Of a stretch of DNA of 64,000 bases, positions 47,675-57,403 are shown one piece after another (positions within the stretch are counted from its first letter, which is position 1; each line of letters opens with the position of its first letter). Location of the stretch: positions 30,976-94,975 of the forward strand of contig JANQND010000011.1 in NCBI GenBank assembly GCA_028279765.1. Direction: 5' to 3'. The notes below the pieces were generated by a model that was not told the origin of the DNA, did no database searches, and saw only the letters and a list, made by a program, of their open reading frames with translations. Both the position numbers and the translations under genes were made by a program. This stretch comes from Candidatus Nanoarchaeia archaeon (lineage in GTDB: Archaea; Nanobdellota; Nanobdellia; Woesearchaeales; WJIZ01).

Positions 47675-48445
47675 ATGAGTGAATTAAAATCATATCTCGT
47701 TGACCTTTTGAAAAAAGGAAAGCGACTGGATGGCAGAAACATTCTTGATGTTCGAGCCCCTTTTACTATTGAATATGGCGTTTCCAGCACTGCAGAAGGC
47801 TCTGCCCAGGTTACCCTGGGAGACACTGTTGTTATGGCAGGTGTCAAAGTTGAAGTAGGAACACCATATCCTGACCAGCCGGATCAGGGATCCATCATGG
47901 TTGGGGCTGAACTTATTCCGCTTTCAAGCCCTCGTTTCGAGGCCGGACCCCCAACTATTGAGGCAATTGAGCTTGCCCGTGTTGTTGATCGTGGTATCAG
48001 GGAGAGTAAAGCTATAGATTTCAAGAAACTGTGCATCGAGGTTGGTGAAAAAGCCTGGATTATTATCATTGATATTGTAGTGATGAACGATGACGGCGGC
48101 TTGTTTGATGCTTCTTCGCTTGCGGTACTTGCTGCACTCAAGGACATGAAGTTCCCTGAGTATGCTGATGGCAAGATTGAGTATAAGAAGAAGACCGACA
48201 AGGGAATGGAGCTTGAGAAAGAGCCTATCGCGGTTACTGTCTTCAAGGTAGGGCCGCACCTGATTGTTGACCCAACCCGGGAAGAAGAAGAGGTTGCAGA
48301 TGCCCGCCTGACTATTACGACTACTGTCGACGGCACTATTTGCGCACTTCAGAAAGGTGGCGACTATCCGCTTCTTGAAGAGGAAATTTCTCAGATGATT
48401 GATATTGCTATCGAGAAAGCAAAAGTTCTGAGGGAGGCACTATAA
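47675..48445 (+). CDS. rrp42: Exosome complex subunit Rrp42 (inactive RNase PH-like)
   Basis: RNase PH-like fold. Start placed at MSELKSY directly after the rrp41 stop. The track's start at 47657 overlaps rrp41. Confidence 0.8.
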   Translation: MSELKSYLVDLLKKGKRLDGRNILDVRAPFTIEYGVSSTAEGSAQVTLGDTVVMAGVKVEVGTPYPDQPDQGSIMVGAELIPLSSPRFEAGPPTIEAIELARVVDRGIRESKAIDFKKLCIEVGEKAWIIIIDIVVMNDDGGLFDASSLAVLAALKDMKFPEYADGKIEYKKKTDKGMELEKEPIAVTVFKVGPHLIVDPTREEEEVADARLTITTTVDGTICALQKGGDYPLLEEEISQMIDIAIEKAKVLREAL

Positions 48446-48446
48446 A

Positions 48447-48677
48447 ATGGATGCTACGTACACGAAGTATGAAGAAGCGCGAATTATTGGCTCCCGGGCA
48501 CTGCAAATCAGCATGGGCGCCCCTTTTCTGGTTAAACTAAAAGATGCTGACCTTGAGAAGATCAAGTATAACCCTGTTGAGATTGCGAAACTGGAGTTTA
48601 CTGAGGATGCCATACCGATCACGGTAAAGGCTCCTCAGCCTCGCTCTAAAAACGTTTCTGAAGAAGACGAGAAATAA
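48447..48677 (+). CDS. rpoK: DNA-directed RNA polymerase subunit K (Rpb6/omega homolog)
   Basis: [21 protein letters not shown] is a conserved RpoK/Rpb6 motif. Confidence 0.8.
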   Translation: MDATYTKYEEARIIGSRALQISMGAPFLVKLKDADLEKIKYNPVEIAKLEFTEDAIPITVKAPQPRSKNVSEEDEK

Positions 48678-48967
48678 TGAATATCATTACTGCTGAAAAG
48701 CTCGAGAAATACTTTTCTGTAACCGGAAAAGCAATCGAGCTTGCAAAGCAGTCTGGTAATCGAACCTCGTTAGTCTCTGAGCGCTCTGATTTTTTGGATA
48801 TGATTTCCCGCTATTTTTCTGATGCAAAGCACTTTCAGTCTCAGGGAGATATGGTGAATGCGTTTGCCTGCTTAAACTATGCGCACGGCTGGCTCGATGC
48901 CGGTGCGCGCCTCGGGATTTTTGATGTGCACGATGATTCTTTGTTTACGGTTGATGGGAAAGAGTGA
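48677..48967 (+). CDS. conserved hypothetical protein in exosome superoperon
   Basis: 96-aa ORF translationally coupled to rpoK. No motif identified. Confidence 0.4.
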   Translation: MNIITAEKLEKYFSVTGKAIELAKQSGNRTSLVSERSDFLDMISRYFSDAKHFQSQGDMVNAFACLNYAHGWLDAGARLGIFDVHDDSLFTVDGKE

Positions 48968-48970
48968 GGC

Positions 48971-49447
48971 TTACACTTGCTTATCAGTTACCCTAGCTTC
49001 TAACCCATATACCTTGGCTATTTTTTCTAGATGCTCTAGAGAAGGAGTAAGCCCATCATATTGACCTGATTTACCATACCCGATTATAACATTTGACTCA
49101 AACATAATAAGACCAGCACCAACGATGTGAATTTCTCGAGAATCTTCAATGTTTTTGATTAGTTTATCTCCATAGAATTGTTCGTTATCAAATATATTGA
49201 AGGGCAATCCATGTCCCAAATTAACATGGTTTAACAGTATTGAATCTGCAATATATAGCACGTATATGTCTTCTTGCTTTGGTTGAATTATTTGAGCCTG
49301 AATCATTTTACGCTCATCACTAATAGCCTTATCGGAATAGTGTTCTAAATATTGACAGCTTGAATCGTTCCCAATAAAAATCCCACTGCGTTCAATCCCC
49401 TCCATACTTGTGCTAATACATTTTCCTTTATTAAAATACCTAAACAA
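48971..49447 (-). CDS. hypothetical protein
   Basis: 158-aa ORF with no motif assigned. Confidence 0.35.
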   Translation of the reverse strand: MFRYFNKGKCISTSMEGIERSGIFIGNDSSCQYLEHYSDKAISDERKMIQAQIIQPKQEDIYVLYIADSILLNHVNLGHGLPFNIFDNEQFYGDKLIKNIEDSREIHIVGAGLIMFESNVIIGYGKSGQYDGLTPSLEHLEKIAKVYGLEARVTDKQV

Positions 49448-49515
49448 AGAAGAATTCCGCAGTACGGACTTCTTCCCATACCTTTAAATACCTCTTCTCC
49501 AGAAAATAGGTTGGG

Positions 49516-49965
49516 GTGAAGAGAGCTACCAATAAAAGGGGTGAATATTATAGTAGCTACGCGTATAACTATGGATGGCTCCTGCTTTTCTTTATTGGTG
49601 TTCTGATTGTTCTGTTTTATTTCGGTCTGTTAAAGTATGGTCTGTATGGAGGGAAGCACTGCAACCTACCACAGGGATTCTTATGCAAGGATCCTTATGC
49701 GGATCCTTCGAAGATATCTTTTTCTATTAAGAATCATAAATTAGTTCCGATTCAGATTACGTCTATTTCCCTTCTGGACGGAACCTGCGATAGAGTACAA
49801 AAATTTGATATCCCAGTGCGAATGGAAAATCGGGCAGAGCAGCAATTTACGTTTACCTGTGATGAATTTGCTCCGGTCACTCATGGAAGGGTTGTAATTG
49901 AATTTGAGAATGTGCATAATGGCCTTACCTATAAGGAGGAAGGAAAGATACGGTTTTTAACCTAG
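49516..49965 (+). CDS. membrane-anchored hypothetical protein
   Basis: N-terminal TM (WLLLFFIGVLIVLFYFGLL) then a soluble domain with 4 Cys. Confidence 0.4.
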   Translation: MKRATNKRGEYYSSYAYNYGWLLLFFIGVLIVLFYFGLLKYGLYGGKHCNLPQGFLCKDPYADPSKISFSIKNHKLVPIQITSISLLDGTCDRVQKFDIPVRMENRAEQQFTFTCDEFAPVTHGRVVIEFENVHNGLTYKEEGKIRFLT

Positions 49966-49970
49966 AAGAA

Positions 49971-50309
49971 TTACTTTTTGGATTTTCTTTTGGTCTGTTT
50001 AGCAACTTTTTTGAGGAGCCTGATTTCCTGCAGTTCTTCATCGCGTATTTTTTGTAGCGTCTTGCTTTCTTTAATGTGCTCTTGGATTAGCTCCTTAAGC
50101 TCTTCAGTAAGTACCCGGTTATTATCAGCGATAAGAAGCAGAGCAACAATGATTACCCACATCATGCCGGTTTCGATAAGTGCAAAGAGGATCATGCCCT
50201 GTCCAGTAATATATACATTGAGAAAGTAGAACACTGCTAAGGTGAGTAACATACCTATTATGATAGCTCCTTTTTCCTCTTTTTTTAACCTCTTTACAGA
50301 CCCAAACAT
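49971..50309 (-). CDS. small membrane protein with C-terminal charged helix
   Basis: Two TM segments then a K/E-rich helix. Confidence 0.4.
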   Translation of the reverse strand: MFGSVKRLKKEEKGAIIIGMLLTLAVFYFLNVYITGQGMILFALIETGMMWVIIVALLLIADNNRVLTEELKELIQEHIKESKTLQKIRDEELQEIRLLKKVAKQTKRKSKK

Positions 50310-50380
50310 TGAGTTTGTTTTTGTCTGAAAGGTATTTAAATATTTGGGTTTTTTAGAGATGCTGAGTAACGGGACTTACA

Positions 50381-51121
50381 TTATTTCTTATTTACTAAAT
50401 AAGAGGATAGACTCTTCTTTGATTTTGCTAATCCCCATAAGTAATCAAACATCTTCTTGCCTCCGGCTGCTATTGACCTGCTCTCTATTAACACAACATA
50501 AAGGGGGTTCGACCAAATGAACTGCGCGGTTTTATTCCCATATACCCAGGTAGTAATTTCAGGAAGAAGTCTCTTATCAATAAAACGTAACTTTTCGGTT
50601 CTCGCAATCTTAAACCTTTGCTCATTTGAGCACAATAATCTTCCGCTAATCTTTTTCTCTTCAACTTTCTTTATCCACTGCAAACTGAATACTTCTAACT
50701 CCTCAAAATATTTCTGTGCCTCTCCCATCAAAATATAATCCTTTCCCTCTCTAATGATATCATTCATCACTGCTCGCATTCCTTCTTTTCCCTTAAATAG
50801 CTCTACTTTTGCGCCTTCCTCTTTTTTCTCTATAAGCTTCCTTAAGTCAGGTATAATCCTACTAACCTCTTCCATCCTCTCTTGCAAGATTTCTGGAATC
50901 CTGTCAGGAGTTGTTGGTGCGAAATATCTAATATTTTTCTGGATCGCCTCGCTCACCAGCCCTTTATCATGCAAGCTGGCCAAAAATCTGTAAATTGTCG
51001 TCCTTGCGACTCCTAGTTTCTTAGAGATTGTAGTTGCTTTAGATGCCCCTTCCCTAAGCAAGAGCAAGTAAATATTAATCTCCTCATCCTCCAGCCCTAT
51101 CCGTTTTAATTCAGATCTCAT
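50381..51121 (-). CDS. TrmB-family transcriptional regulator
   Basis: N-terminal wHTH (YLLLLREGASKATTISKKLGVARTTIYRFLASLHDKGLV) and a C-terminal effector domain. Confidence 0.7.
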   Translation of the reverse strand: MRSELKRIGLEDEEINIYLLLLREGASKATTISKKLGVARTTIYRFLASLHDKGLVSEAIQKNIRYFAPTTPDRIPEILQERMEEVSRIIPDLRKLIEKKEEGAKVELFKGKEGMRAVMNDIIREGKDYILMGEAQKYFEELEVFSLQWIKKVEEKKISGRLLCSNEQRFKIARTEKLRFIDKRLLPEITTWVYGNKTAQFIWSNPLYVVLIESRSIAAGGKKMFDYLWGLAKSKKSLSSYLVNKK

Positions 51122-51185
51122 TGTTGTCCATATAGGACTACTTTACTTTATATACTTTTTGTTTTTCCTTCTATAGGGATAACAA

Positions 51186-52130
51186 ATGGTGCAATCAGCT
51201 CAAATCAGCTATGATTCTGAAAGTGTCAGAAAGGCAGCGGAGCAAGCAGGGTTCACTATTGAATTTAATCCTTTAGTTAGCGCCCCTCTACTCCTTAGGG
51301 ATACCGCTGTTGATAGAGTATACTTCCATTTATCTGGGGGAAGAGGCCAAGAAGCTCTAGGAATAGGAAGAGGGGCAGGGAGGTCTACAATGTATTCTCT
51401 ACTGACGCGATCTTCGAGAGAGCAATGGAATCGGGATCATAGAGATGCCTGGACTTTGCTTAGAAAGAATGAAGCTGTGATGGAATTTATAGACTATTAT
51501 GTTTGTGCGAATGGAAAAGAGCGGATTACAGCAGGAACATTCCCCGAGAGATCAGCATATCCTGATGTGATTCCTAGAACTTTAGTAGAGCATCCATCTT
51601 TTCATGGGGAAGGCTTGGACGCGCTTTTTGGAGGGAATTACGGCCAAGCAACTGGCCTTGATGACTATGCAAATCCGATATTGCATCAACTGTCGCAAGA
51701 GGATAAAATGATGCTAGCACTGCGTGACTATCGTTGGGAAAATTTTTCGAATACTCAGCGCGAAATTTATTGGATGGATGGGATGTTATTTACGGGAATG
51801 ACGACTATGCTAGGTGTTCTTGTTTGTGGCGCTTTACCTACTGCAACAATTTGTGCAGTCTATGAAAGTATACAGGGGAGTCCCGCTCTTCCCGGTAACC
51901 CTCCTCTTCCTGAATGGATAGCACATGTTGCTGGAGTTGGAACAGTGATTGGAGCAACGATCGGACTTGCATATGGGATTAAGGACGTTCTCAGTGCTAG
52001 CAAAGATGAAGAAGCAGAAGATCTATCATTGGATACTCTTTTATTCAATGAGAACGTTATCAGATATCTGGAGTCTGTTCCAAAATTGAGTAAGATAGGT
52101 CAGCTATTAGTGACTAAGCTAAGGAATTGA
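51186..52130 (+). CDS. hypothetical protein with C-terminal TM segments
   Basis: 314 aa with hydrophobic stretches near residues 200-260. Confidence 0.4.
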   Translation: MVQSAQISYDSESVRKAAEQAGFTIEFNPLVSAPLLLRDTAVDRVYFHLSGGRGQEALGIGRGAGRSTMYSLLTRSSREQWNRDHRDAWTLLRKNEAVMEFIDYYVCANGKERITAGTFPERSAYPDVIPRTLVEHPSFHGEGLDALFGGNYGQATGLDDYANPILHQLSQEDKMMLALRDYRWENFSNTQREIYWMDGMLFTGMTTMLGVLVCGALPTATICAVYESIQGSPALPGNPPLPEWIAHVAGVGTVIGATIGLAYGIKDVLSASKDEEAEDLSLDTLLFNENVIRYLESVPKLSKIGQLLVTKLRN

Positions 52131-52982
52131 ATTCTTACCAAAACATTGCCTCATCGCAAGTACCTTATGCGCGAGTTTAGCCAGACTAAACGCCTCCGCA
52201 TCATCGTTTTCTTTTGGTGCAAACTCAACAATGTCTGCGCTGATAACTTCTTTTTCCTTAAAGATAACCTTGAGCATAGCAATGACCTGCAGCCAGTGAA
52301 ACCCTCCCGGCTCCGGCGTTCCGGTATTGCGAACAAATGAGGGATCGAAGACATCTACATCAATGGAGAGATAGACTTTGGTTTTGAGTCTTTTGAGCTT
52401 TTCTTTCAATATACTTTCATCGTATTCGTATGCTTTAATCATGTCAATGCGATCGTTTTCTTCAATCATTTCTTTTTCATCGCGATCCATAGACCGAATT
52501 CCTATCTGAAGAACCTGGTGATTCTCAACTGCACGCATACTTACGCAGCGATGATTATTCGATGATCCATTCCAGGAATGAAAATAATCTGCATGCGCAT
52601 CAAGGATAATAACAGAGCAATCCTCCTCGATACCCTGCAATAATCCAATAGTAGTGGAATGATCTCCACCTAATGAGAGAGTGAATCGTTTTCCAATCTT
52701 TTTTCTTTCTGAATCTATTTTTTTTATTGCATCCTGCGGCTTCTCATTCGTAACATCTAGGAGAGGCAACGTATGTATCCCCTCCATAAACGGCTCGCAA
52801 TCAAACTCATCATCATAATACTCCAAATGCTTGGAGGCTTTGATAATTTCCTGCGCTCCCTTTGCTGCACCCTTGCCGAAGGTTACTTCTCCTTCGTTTG
52901 CAATAGGAAAAATGATTGCTTCTGAATCAGGTTTACTGTACTCTTCTGGTAGGTTCATGAAATTCATCTTGACCATTCTCAT
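52119..52982 (-). CDS. speB: Agmatinase/arginase-family ureohydrolase
   Basis: Mn-binding motifs GGDHS, DAHADY and SIDVDVFDP. Confidence 0.8.
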   Translation of the reverse strand: MRMVKMNFMNLPEEYSKPDSEAIIFPIANEGEVTFGKGAAKGAQEIIKASKHLEYYDDEFDCEPFMEGIHTLPLLDVTNEKPQDAIKKIDSERKKIGKRFTLSLGGDHSTTIGLLQGIEEDCSVIILDAHADYFHSWNGSSNNHRCVSMRAVENHQVLQIGIRSMDRDEKEMIEENDRIDMIKAYEYDESILKEKLKRLKTKVYLSIDVDVFDPSFVRNTGTPEPGGFHWLQVIAMLKVIFKEKEVISADIVEFAPKENDDAEAFSLAKLAHKVLAMRQCFGKNSIP

Positions 52983-54017
52983 TCACTCTACGATCTTAGT
53001 CTCTAACTTATCTAGATCACAAAAATCTGTCGTAAAATTATAGGCGCCAGCATTAAGAAAGGTGATAGTATCTCCTATCTTGGGGTCTTTCAAGTAAACA
53101 CGGTAGCGAAACAGATCCATGGAACAGGGTGTTATTCCTTTGATGACATAGGGCTCTCCCTCGTCTTTAGATACTTCTCCTTTTACCAGTAGCTTAACGG
53201 GTACGACCACTGCATCAAGGTCTGAATTGTACACCGATGCGTTCACGATGATGGTGTTCTCGTGTATGCCGATAATTGTTGATTCGAGGGTTACTGCAGG
53301 GGCTGCGACAAACCTGCCAGGCTCAAGGATGAGCTTTACGTTATGCGATGCGAGCCACTGCTTAAATTCTGTAATTTTCCTGTAGATCCCATCCAGCACT
53401 TTCATGTTCGTGTTGGCATAAGAAGAAGGAAGGCCCCCCCCTATGTTTACAACATCGATTTTTTCAAGCAAGTCTTTGGGCAGGATTCCTGAGAGTTCAT
53501 GGGAGAGATTCCACTCACTCATATTTTGTGTTTTGCGATGAAAATGAACGCCAAGAGAGGTAATGTTCTTGATTTGATGCAGCTGCTCAATTCTTTTTTG
53601 CACTACTGCTGCTTTCATTCCAAATACATAGTACCGCTCTGTTCTGAGGGTGTTTTCTTTGAGTTGCAGCCGAAGGAAAAGCTCAATGGGTATGTCGTTT
53701 TTCCCGATATAAGCAATCAATGTGTCCAGGTCAGTTTCATTATCGACAATGAATGAGCGAATCCCTTTTTCTATCAGCTGTTTGATTGCTTTCTCGTCCC
53801 ATCCCTGCGCAAGAAAAATGACCCGTCCCATATCCTGTACATGCTTAAGCTCATTGAAAAAATGTACGCTAAACCTGCTGTCTGTTTCTTTTTCGAGAAT
53901 CCTGGTAATATCCTGGTTGGTCTTGGAACTATAGGATATTTCATCGGCAAGTTCTCTTACTACGTTGTACTGTTGCAGTGCTTTACTCTTTGATAGGATA
54001 AACTTAGCTTTTTGCAT
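52983..54017 (-). CDS. PLP-dependent fold-III decarboxylase (Orn/Arg/DAP decarboxylase family)
   Basis: PLP-Lys motif YSSKTN, GVHFH..TQ (cf. GxHxHxGSQ), NIGGGLP, EPGR, and a C-terminal Cys-x-x-D. Substrate not assignable from sequence alone. Confidence 0.65.
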   Translation of the reverse strand: MQKAKFILSKSKALQQYNVVRELADEISYSSKTNQDITRILEKETDSRFSVHFFNELKHVQDMGRVIFLAQGWDEKAIKQLIEKGIRSFIVDNETDLDTLIAYIGKNDIPIELFLRLQLKENTLRTERYYVFGMKAAVVQKRIEQLHQIKNITSLGVHFHRKTQNMSEWNLSHELSGILPKDLLEKIDVVNIGGGLPSSYANTNMKVLDGIYRKITEFKQWLASHNVKLILEPGRFVAAPAVTLESTIIGIHENTIIVNASVYNSDLDAVVVPVKLLVKGEVSKDEGEPYVIKGITPCSMDLFRYRVYLKDPKIGDTITFLNAGAYNFTTDFCDLDKLETKIVE

Positions 54018-55011
54018 GTTGATTCACGTGTTCTTGCAGTGTTCCTTTTTTCTTTTCTGAATCTGCTCTTTCTTTTTTGAGCAAACCTTCAGATTCCAGC
54101 TCTTCGAGGGCTTTAATCATCGCCAGCGGGAACATGATCGTTACATCACCGATAACGGTTGCGACATCACTCTCATCTTTTACTTTCCCCCACGATTTTG
54201 CCTCTTCGGTGGTCGCCCCGGACATGCTTCCTGAAGTCTTGTGTGCTGTGGTCATATAGACTGCGTATTCTGCACCGCCGTTGAGCAAGGTTGCAAGGAT
54301 AGCATGGTGCTTGGAGATGCTTCCCCCCAGTGCGATCACTCCTTTTTTCTCATCAAAGGTTGTTGAGAGTAATATATTTCCAAAGTCAGCAACCACATCA
54401 ATGATGAAGTCCGGATGCTTTTGCTGGAATAGATAAAGATGGAACCCGATTGCTCCATCAGTGATCGCAGGACAATAGATAGGAATGCCATTTTTTGCTG
54501 CCTGATAGAGTATGGAGTTTTCATCTTCAAGGAGCAAGCCAATTTCCCTGAGCAACTCTGATACTGCCCATCGCTTCTTCTTTTGATAGAGTCTGTCGAG
54601 AACCGGCATGAGCCAGTCTTCAAAATTCATATAACTCTCATTGTTGACCAGGATATTCCCTACCCTGTTTACTCCCTGCTCATGCAACTCGACATCGTCG
54701 CTATCAAACCTTCCTACTTTGAACTGCTCGCCAGTTGCCTTCATGATGTCTTCCTCGAGGCCTCCTGCAGTGGTTACGATGACATCAGCGATACCAAGGC
54801 TTGCCATCTGAGCAAAGAACCCGCGCAAGCCGGAAGTCACCATGTTTGAGGTAAAGGTGAGAAATATCTTTGCAGAGTCTTTTTTCATCTTGACGATAAC
54901 ATCAGCAGCTTTTGCCAGCTCGATACTTTGATACCCTAAAGAAGCATAACTATTGAGAAGATCTTCCACCTTCATGCCCTTTTTCCATAAAAAATCGTTT
55001 ACTATTTGCAT
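54004..55011 (-). CDS. dys: Deoxyhypusine synthase
   Basis: DHS-family Rossmann motifs (TSNMVTSGLR, TTAGGLEED, GGSISKHH). Confidence 0.8.
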   Translation of the reverse strand: MQIVNDFLWKKGMKVEDLLNSYASLGYQSIELAKAADVIVKMKKDSAKIFLTFTSNMVTSGLRGFFAQMASLGIADVIVTTAGGLEEDIMKATGEQFKVGRFDSDDVELHEQGVNRVGNILVNNESYMNFEDWLMPVLDRLYQKKKRWAVSELLREIGLLLEDENSILYQAAKNGIPIYCPAITDGAIGFHLYLFQQKHPDFIIDVVADFGNILLSTTFDEKKGVIALGGSISKHHAILATLLNGGAEYAVYMTTAHKTSGSMSGATTEEAKSWGKVKDESDVATVIGDVTIMFPLAMIKALEELESEGLLKKERADSEKKKGTLQEHVNQHAKS

Positions 55012-55176
55012 ACTATCACCTAGAATACTGTTGTCTAAAGAGAAATCTACCTACCTGAATGGCTTACAGAATCAAAACACCCGCTTGGGAACTGAGGTAG
55101 CATAGAAGGTCAAAACACCGGCTTCTTTAAAAAAATTGCGATATATTTATATAGGAAAAGGTTCAGGGAGTACTTT

Positions 55177-55395
55177 ATGAAGAAAAATGTGGCTTTTTGG
55201 CTACTAATATCTGTTTTACTAGCCTATGGTTGCTCAGAGTCCGGACAGAATCAGGTAAGCGGCAGTGCCACCAGTGATCTTCAGGAAACCGCCTGCAATG
55301 CTGCTCATAGAAACGGTGAGTGCAGCAGGCTAGGCAGTCTGAAACTGGCCTCTGTTGAGGTGTGCTGTAGCGAATACGGTAAGTGTTGCCCATGA
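55177..55395 (+). CDS. small secreted Cys-rich lipoprotein
   Basis: Signal peptide with lipobox LAYGC, then 7 Cys in 50 residues. Overlaps the start of the downstream beta-helix gene. Confidence 0.5.
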   Translation: MKKNVAFWLLISVLLAYGCSESGQNQVSGSATSDLQETACNAAHRNGECSRLGSLKLASVEVCCSEYGKCCP

Positions 55396-57383
55396 AAAAA
55401 ATAATCTTGCTCCTCAGTCTTTCTTTGCTGTTATCTACAGTTGTTTATGCAGAAAAAATCTTTCCGAATTGTCCCGTAGAATCAGATGAGGAAATGGAGA
55501 TCCAGCAGATCATTGGCCAGGGTTTGTTTGATTACCTAAAAAATCCAGAGGAGAGTTCCATTACTCAGGACGAGCTTAAAGATGTGATTGATTTCTATTT
55601 CGGATCAGACTCGTGCTATAATAAGGGATCAAGGACCAAGGCTGATTATATCGCAATTCTCAACAAGATAAGAAAAGTAGGCTTTCTGAATTTTCAGCAG
55701 GGTACTACCTGTGCCCTCAAGAATACTGTTGTTCCTAATGGCACCTGGCATAGAGAATTTATTTGTATTGATGGCCTCATGCATCCAGACTGCACCAATG
55801 AGAGTGCCAGCTGCCCGGCCGGAACATTGTGCAATGCAACTTCCGGGCGATGCTATCAGGAAGAATCCTATCTTTATTCCTGCGCAAATTCGACCATTGA
55901 GCCTAACTATTATATCCTGCAAAATGATGTGCAAGCTAACGAGAGTACGTGTTTTACTTTAGGAGCTGATCATACGGTACTTGACCTAAACGGGTTCACG
56001 ATTCATACTGAAGAGGGAGCTCATGCAGTGCAAGTTAATGCACAAAAAGTTACTATCAAAAATGGAGGCATCAGCGGTTTTTCCTCGGCAATTTCCGTTC
56101 AGGGATCTCAGAATGTTGTTGATGGAGTTACTGTAGAGCAGTCATCTAACGGGCTCGCAGTTGACATTAACGGAAATTTCAATATGGTCTCCTCAGTTAC
56201 TGCAGAGCAGGGAAGCGGTGTACGGGTAACTGGCAACAGAAATGCCATCAGTGGCCTTGTGGCCAGCGGTAATAAGATAATCGGGAATAATAACTGGATT
56301 AAGGATAGTACTATTGATGGAAAAAACATTGCGGGAAGCAAAGGGATATATCTTACAGGTACGGGAAACAATGTGACTGACAATACTATCTCTAAGCACA
56401 AAGCTGCAGGTATTCATGTTTTCAGCAGCTCTAAAGGTTATATTAAGGATAATATCTTTTCTTCTAATTATGACGGGATTTATCTGCAGAACTCTGAACA
56501 TACGATAGTTACTGACAACACCATTGGATCAAGCTCAAGCAAGGCAATTTATTTGAGGAGTACTAAATCGGCAGCAGTGAATCGTAATACCATTAACGGT
56601 GGTGTACACAGTATTCGACTCTCGCACTCTGATAGCAACGCGATGAAGCATAATACTATCATTGGTAGCAGCTATGGCCCTTACCTGTATAGATCTGATA
56701 GCAACAGGGTCTACTACAATGATATTACGAATGTGAAAAACTATGGAACGTATGTGAAGTATAGCTATAGGAACTACTTGTTCGCGAACGATATTATCAA
56801 TAGCAAGAAAGAAGGTATTTATTTGTCCAGGTCTCATAAAAATACTCTTAGTTCAAATGATGTGGAAAATTCAAAGAGTTATGGTATCAGGCTTTCCTCA
56901 AGCGATAGCAATAAAATGAGGTATAATGATGTCATTAAGGCTAAGAAGTCGGGATACCGGCTCTATGATAGTGATAAGAACTTACTTTGGAGAAATGATG
57001 CAGTAGAAGGAAATTCGTATGGGTTCTATATTTATAACAGTGACAAAAATAAACTTTCCTTTGATATAGCAAAGCGAAACAAAGGAAGAGGATTTTATCT
57101 CTCCAGCAGCAGCAGCAGCTCGTATAAAGTTTCTAAATATAATGACCTGAATAGGATAAGATCGTATGACAATAAGTATTATGGAATCTTCTTGCGTTAC
57201 CACAAGTACACCAAATTGCGGAACACTGTCTCCTGCGGCAATAAGGTTGCCGATCTGGCATGTGCACATAAGCCCTCGACCTTTAGCGACAACACTGCTG
57301 AGAAGTCCAGTAGTGCATATGGTGGCTGCAAAAAATCCGTAAGCAAATGTTCTGATGTAGAATATTTCTATGGAAGAAATTAA
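55383..57383 (+). CDS. secreted right-handed parallel beta-helix repeat protein with Cys-rich N-terminal domain
   Basis: Signal peptide, a conserved 150-aa 8-Cys domain (FPNCP...SCPAGTLCNATSGRCY), and more than 12 PbH1-like repeats (N.I..N...GI.L..S..N.I..N). Confidence 0.65.
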   Translation: MLPMKKIILLLSLSLLLSTVVYAEKIFPNCPVESDEEMEIQQIIGQGLFDYLKNPEESSITQDELKDVIDFYFGSDSCYNKGSRTKADYIAILNKIRKVGFLNFQQGTTCALKNTVVPNGTWHREFICIDGLMHPDCTNESASCPAGTLCNATSGRCYQEESYLYSCANSTIEPNYYILQNDVQANESTCFTLGADHTVLDLNGFTIHTEEGAHAVQVNAQKVTIKNGGISGFSSAISVQGSQNVVDGVTVEQSSNGLAVDINGNFNMVSSVTAEQGSGVRVTGNRNAISGLVASGNKIIGNNNWIKDSTIDGKNIAGSKGIYLTGTGNNVTDNTISKHKAAGIHVFSSSKGYIKDNIFSSNYDGIYLQNSEHTIVTDNTIGSSSSKAIYLRSTKSAAVNRNTINGGVHSIRLSHSDSNAMKHNTIIGSSYGPYLYRSDSNRVYYNDITNVKNYGTYVKYSYRNYLFANDIINSKKEGIYLSRSHKNTLSSNDVENSKSYGIRLSSSDSNKMRYNDVIKAKKSGYRLYDSDKNLLWRNDAVEGNSYGFYIYNSDKNKLSFDIAKRNKGRGFYLSSSSSSSYKVSKYNDLNRIRSYDNKYYGIFLRYHKYTKLRNTVSCGNKVADLACAHKPSTFSDNTAEKSSSAYGGCKKSVSKCSDVEYFYGRN

Positions 57384-57403
57384 TTCGAGGTGCAAGAACT
57401 TAA

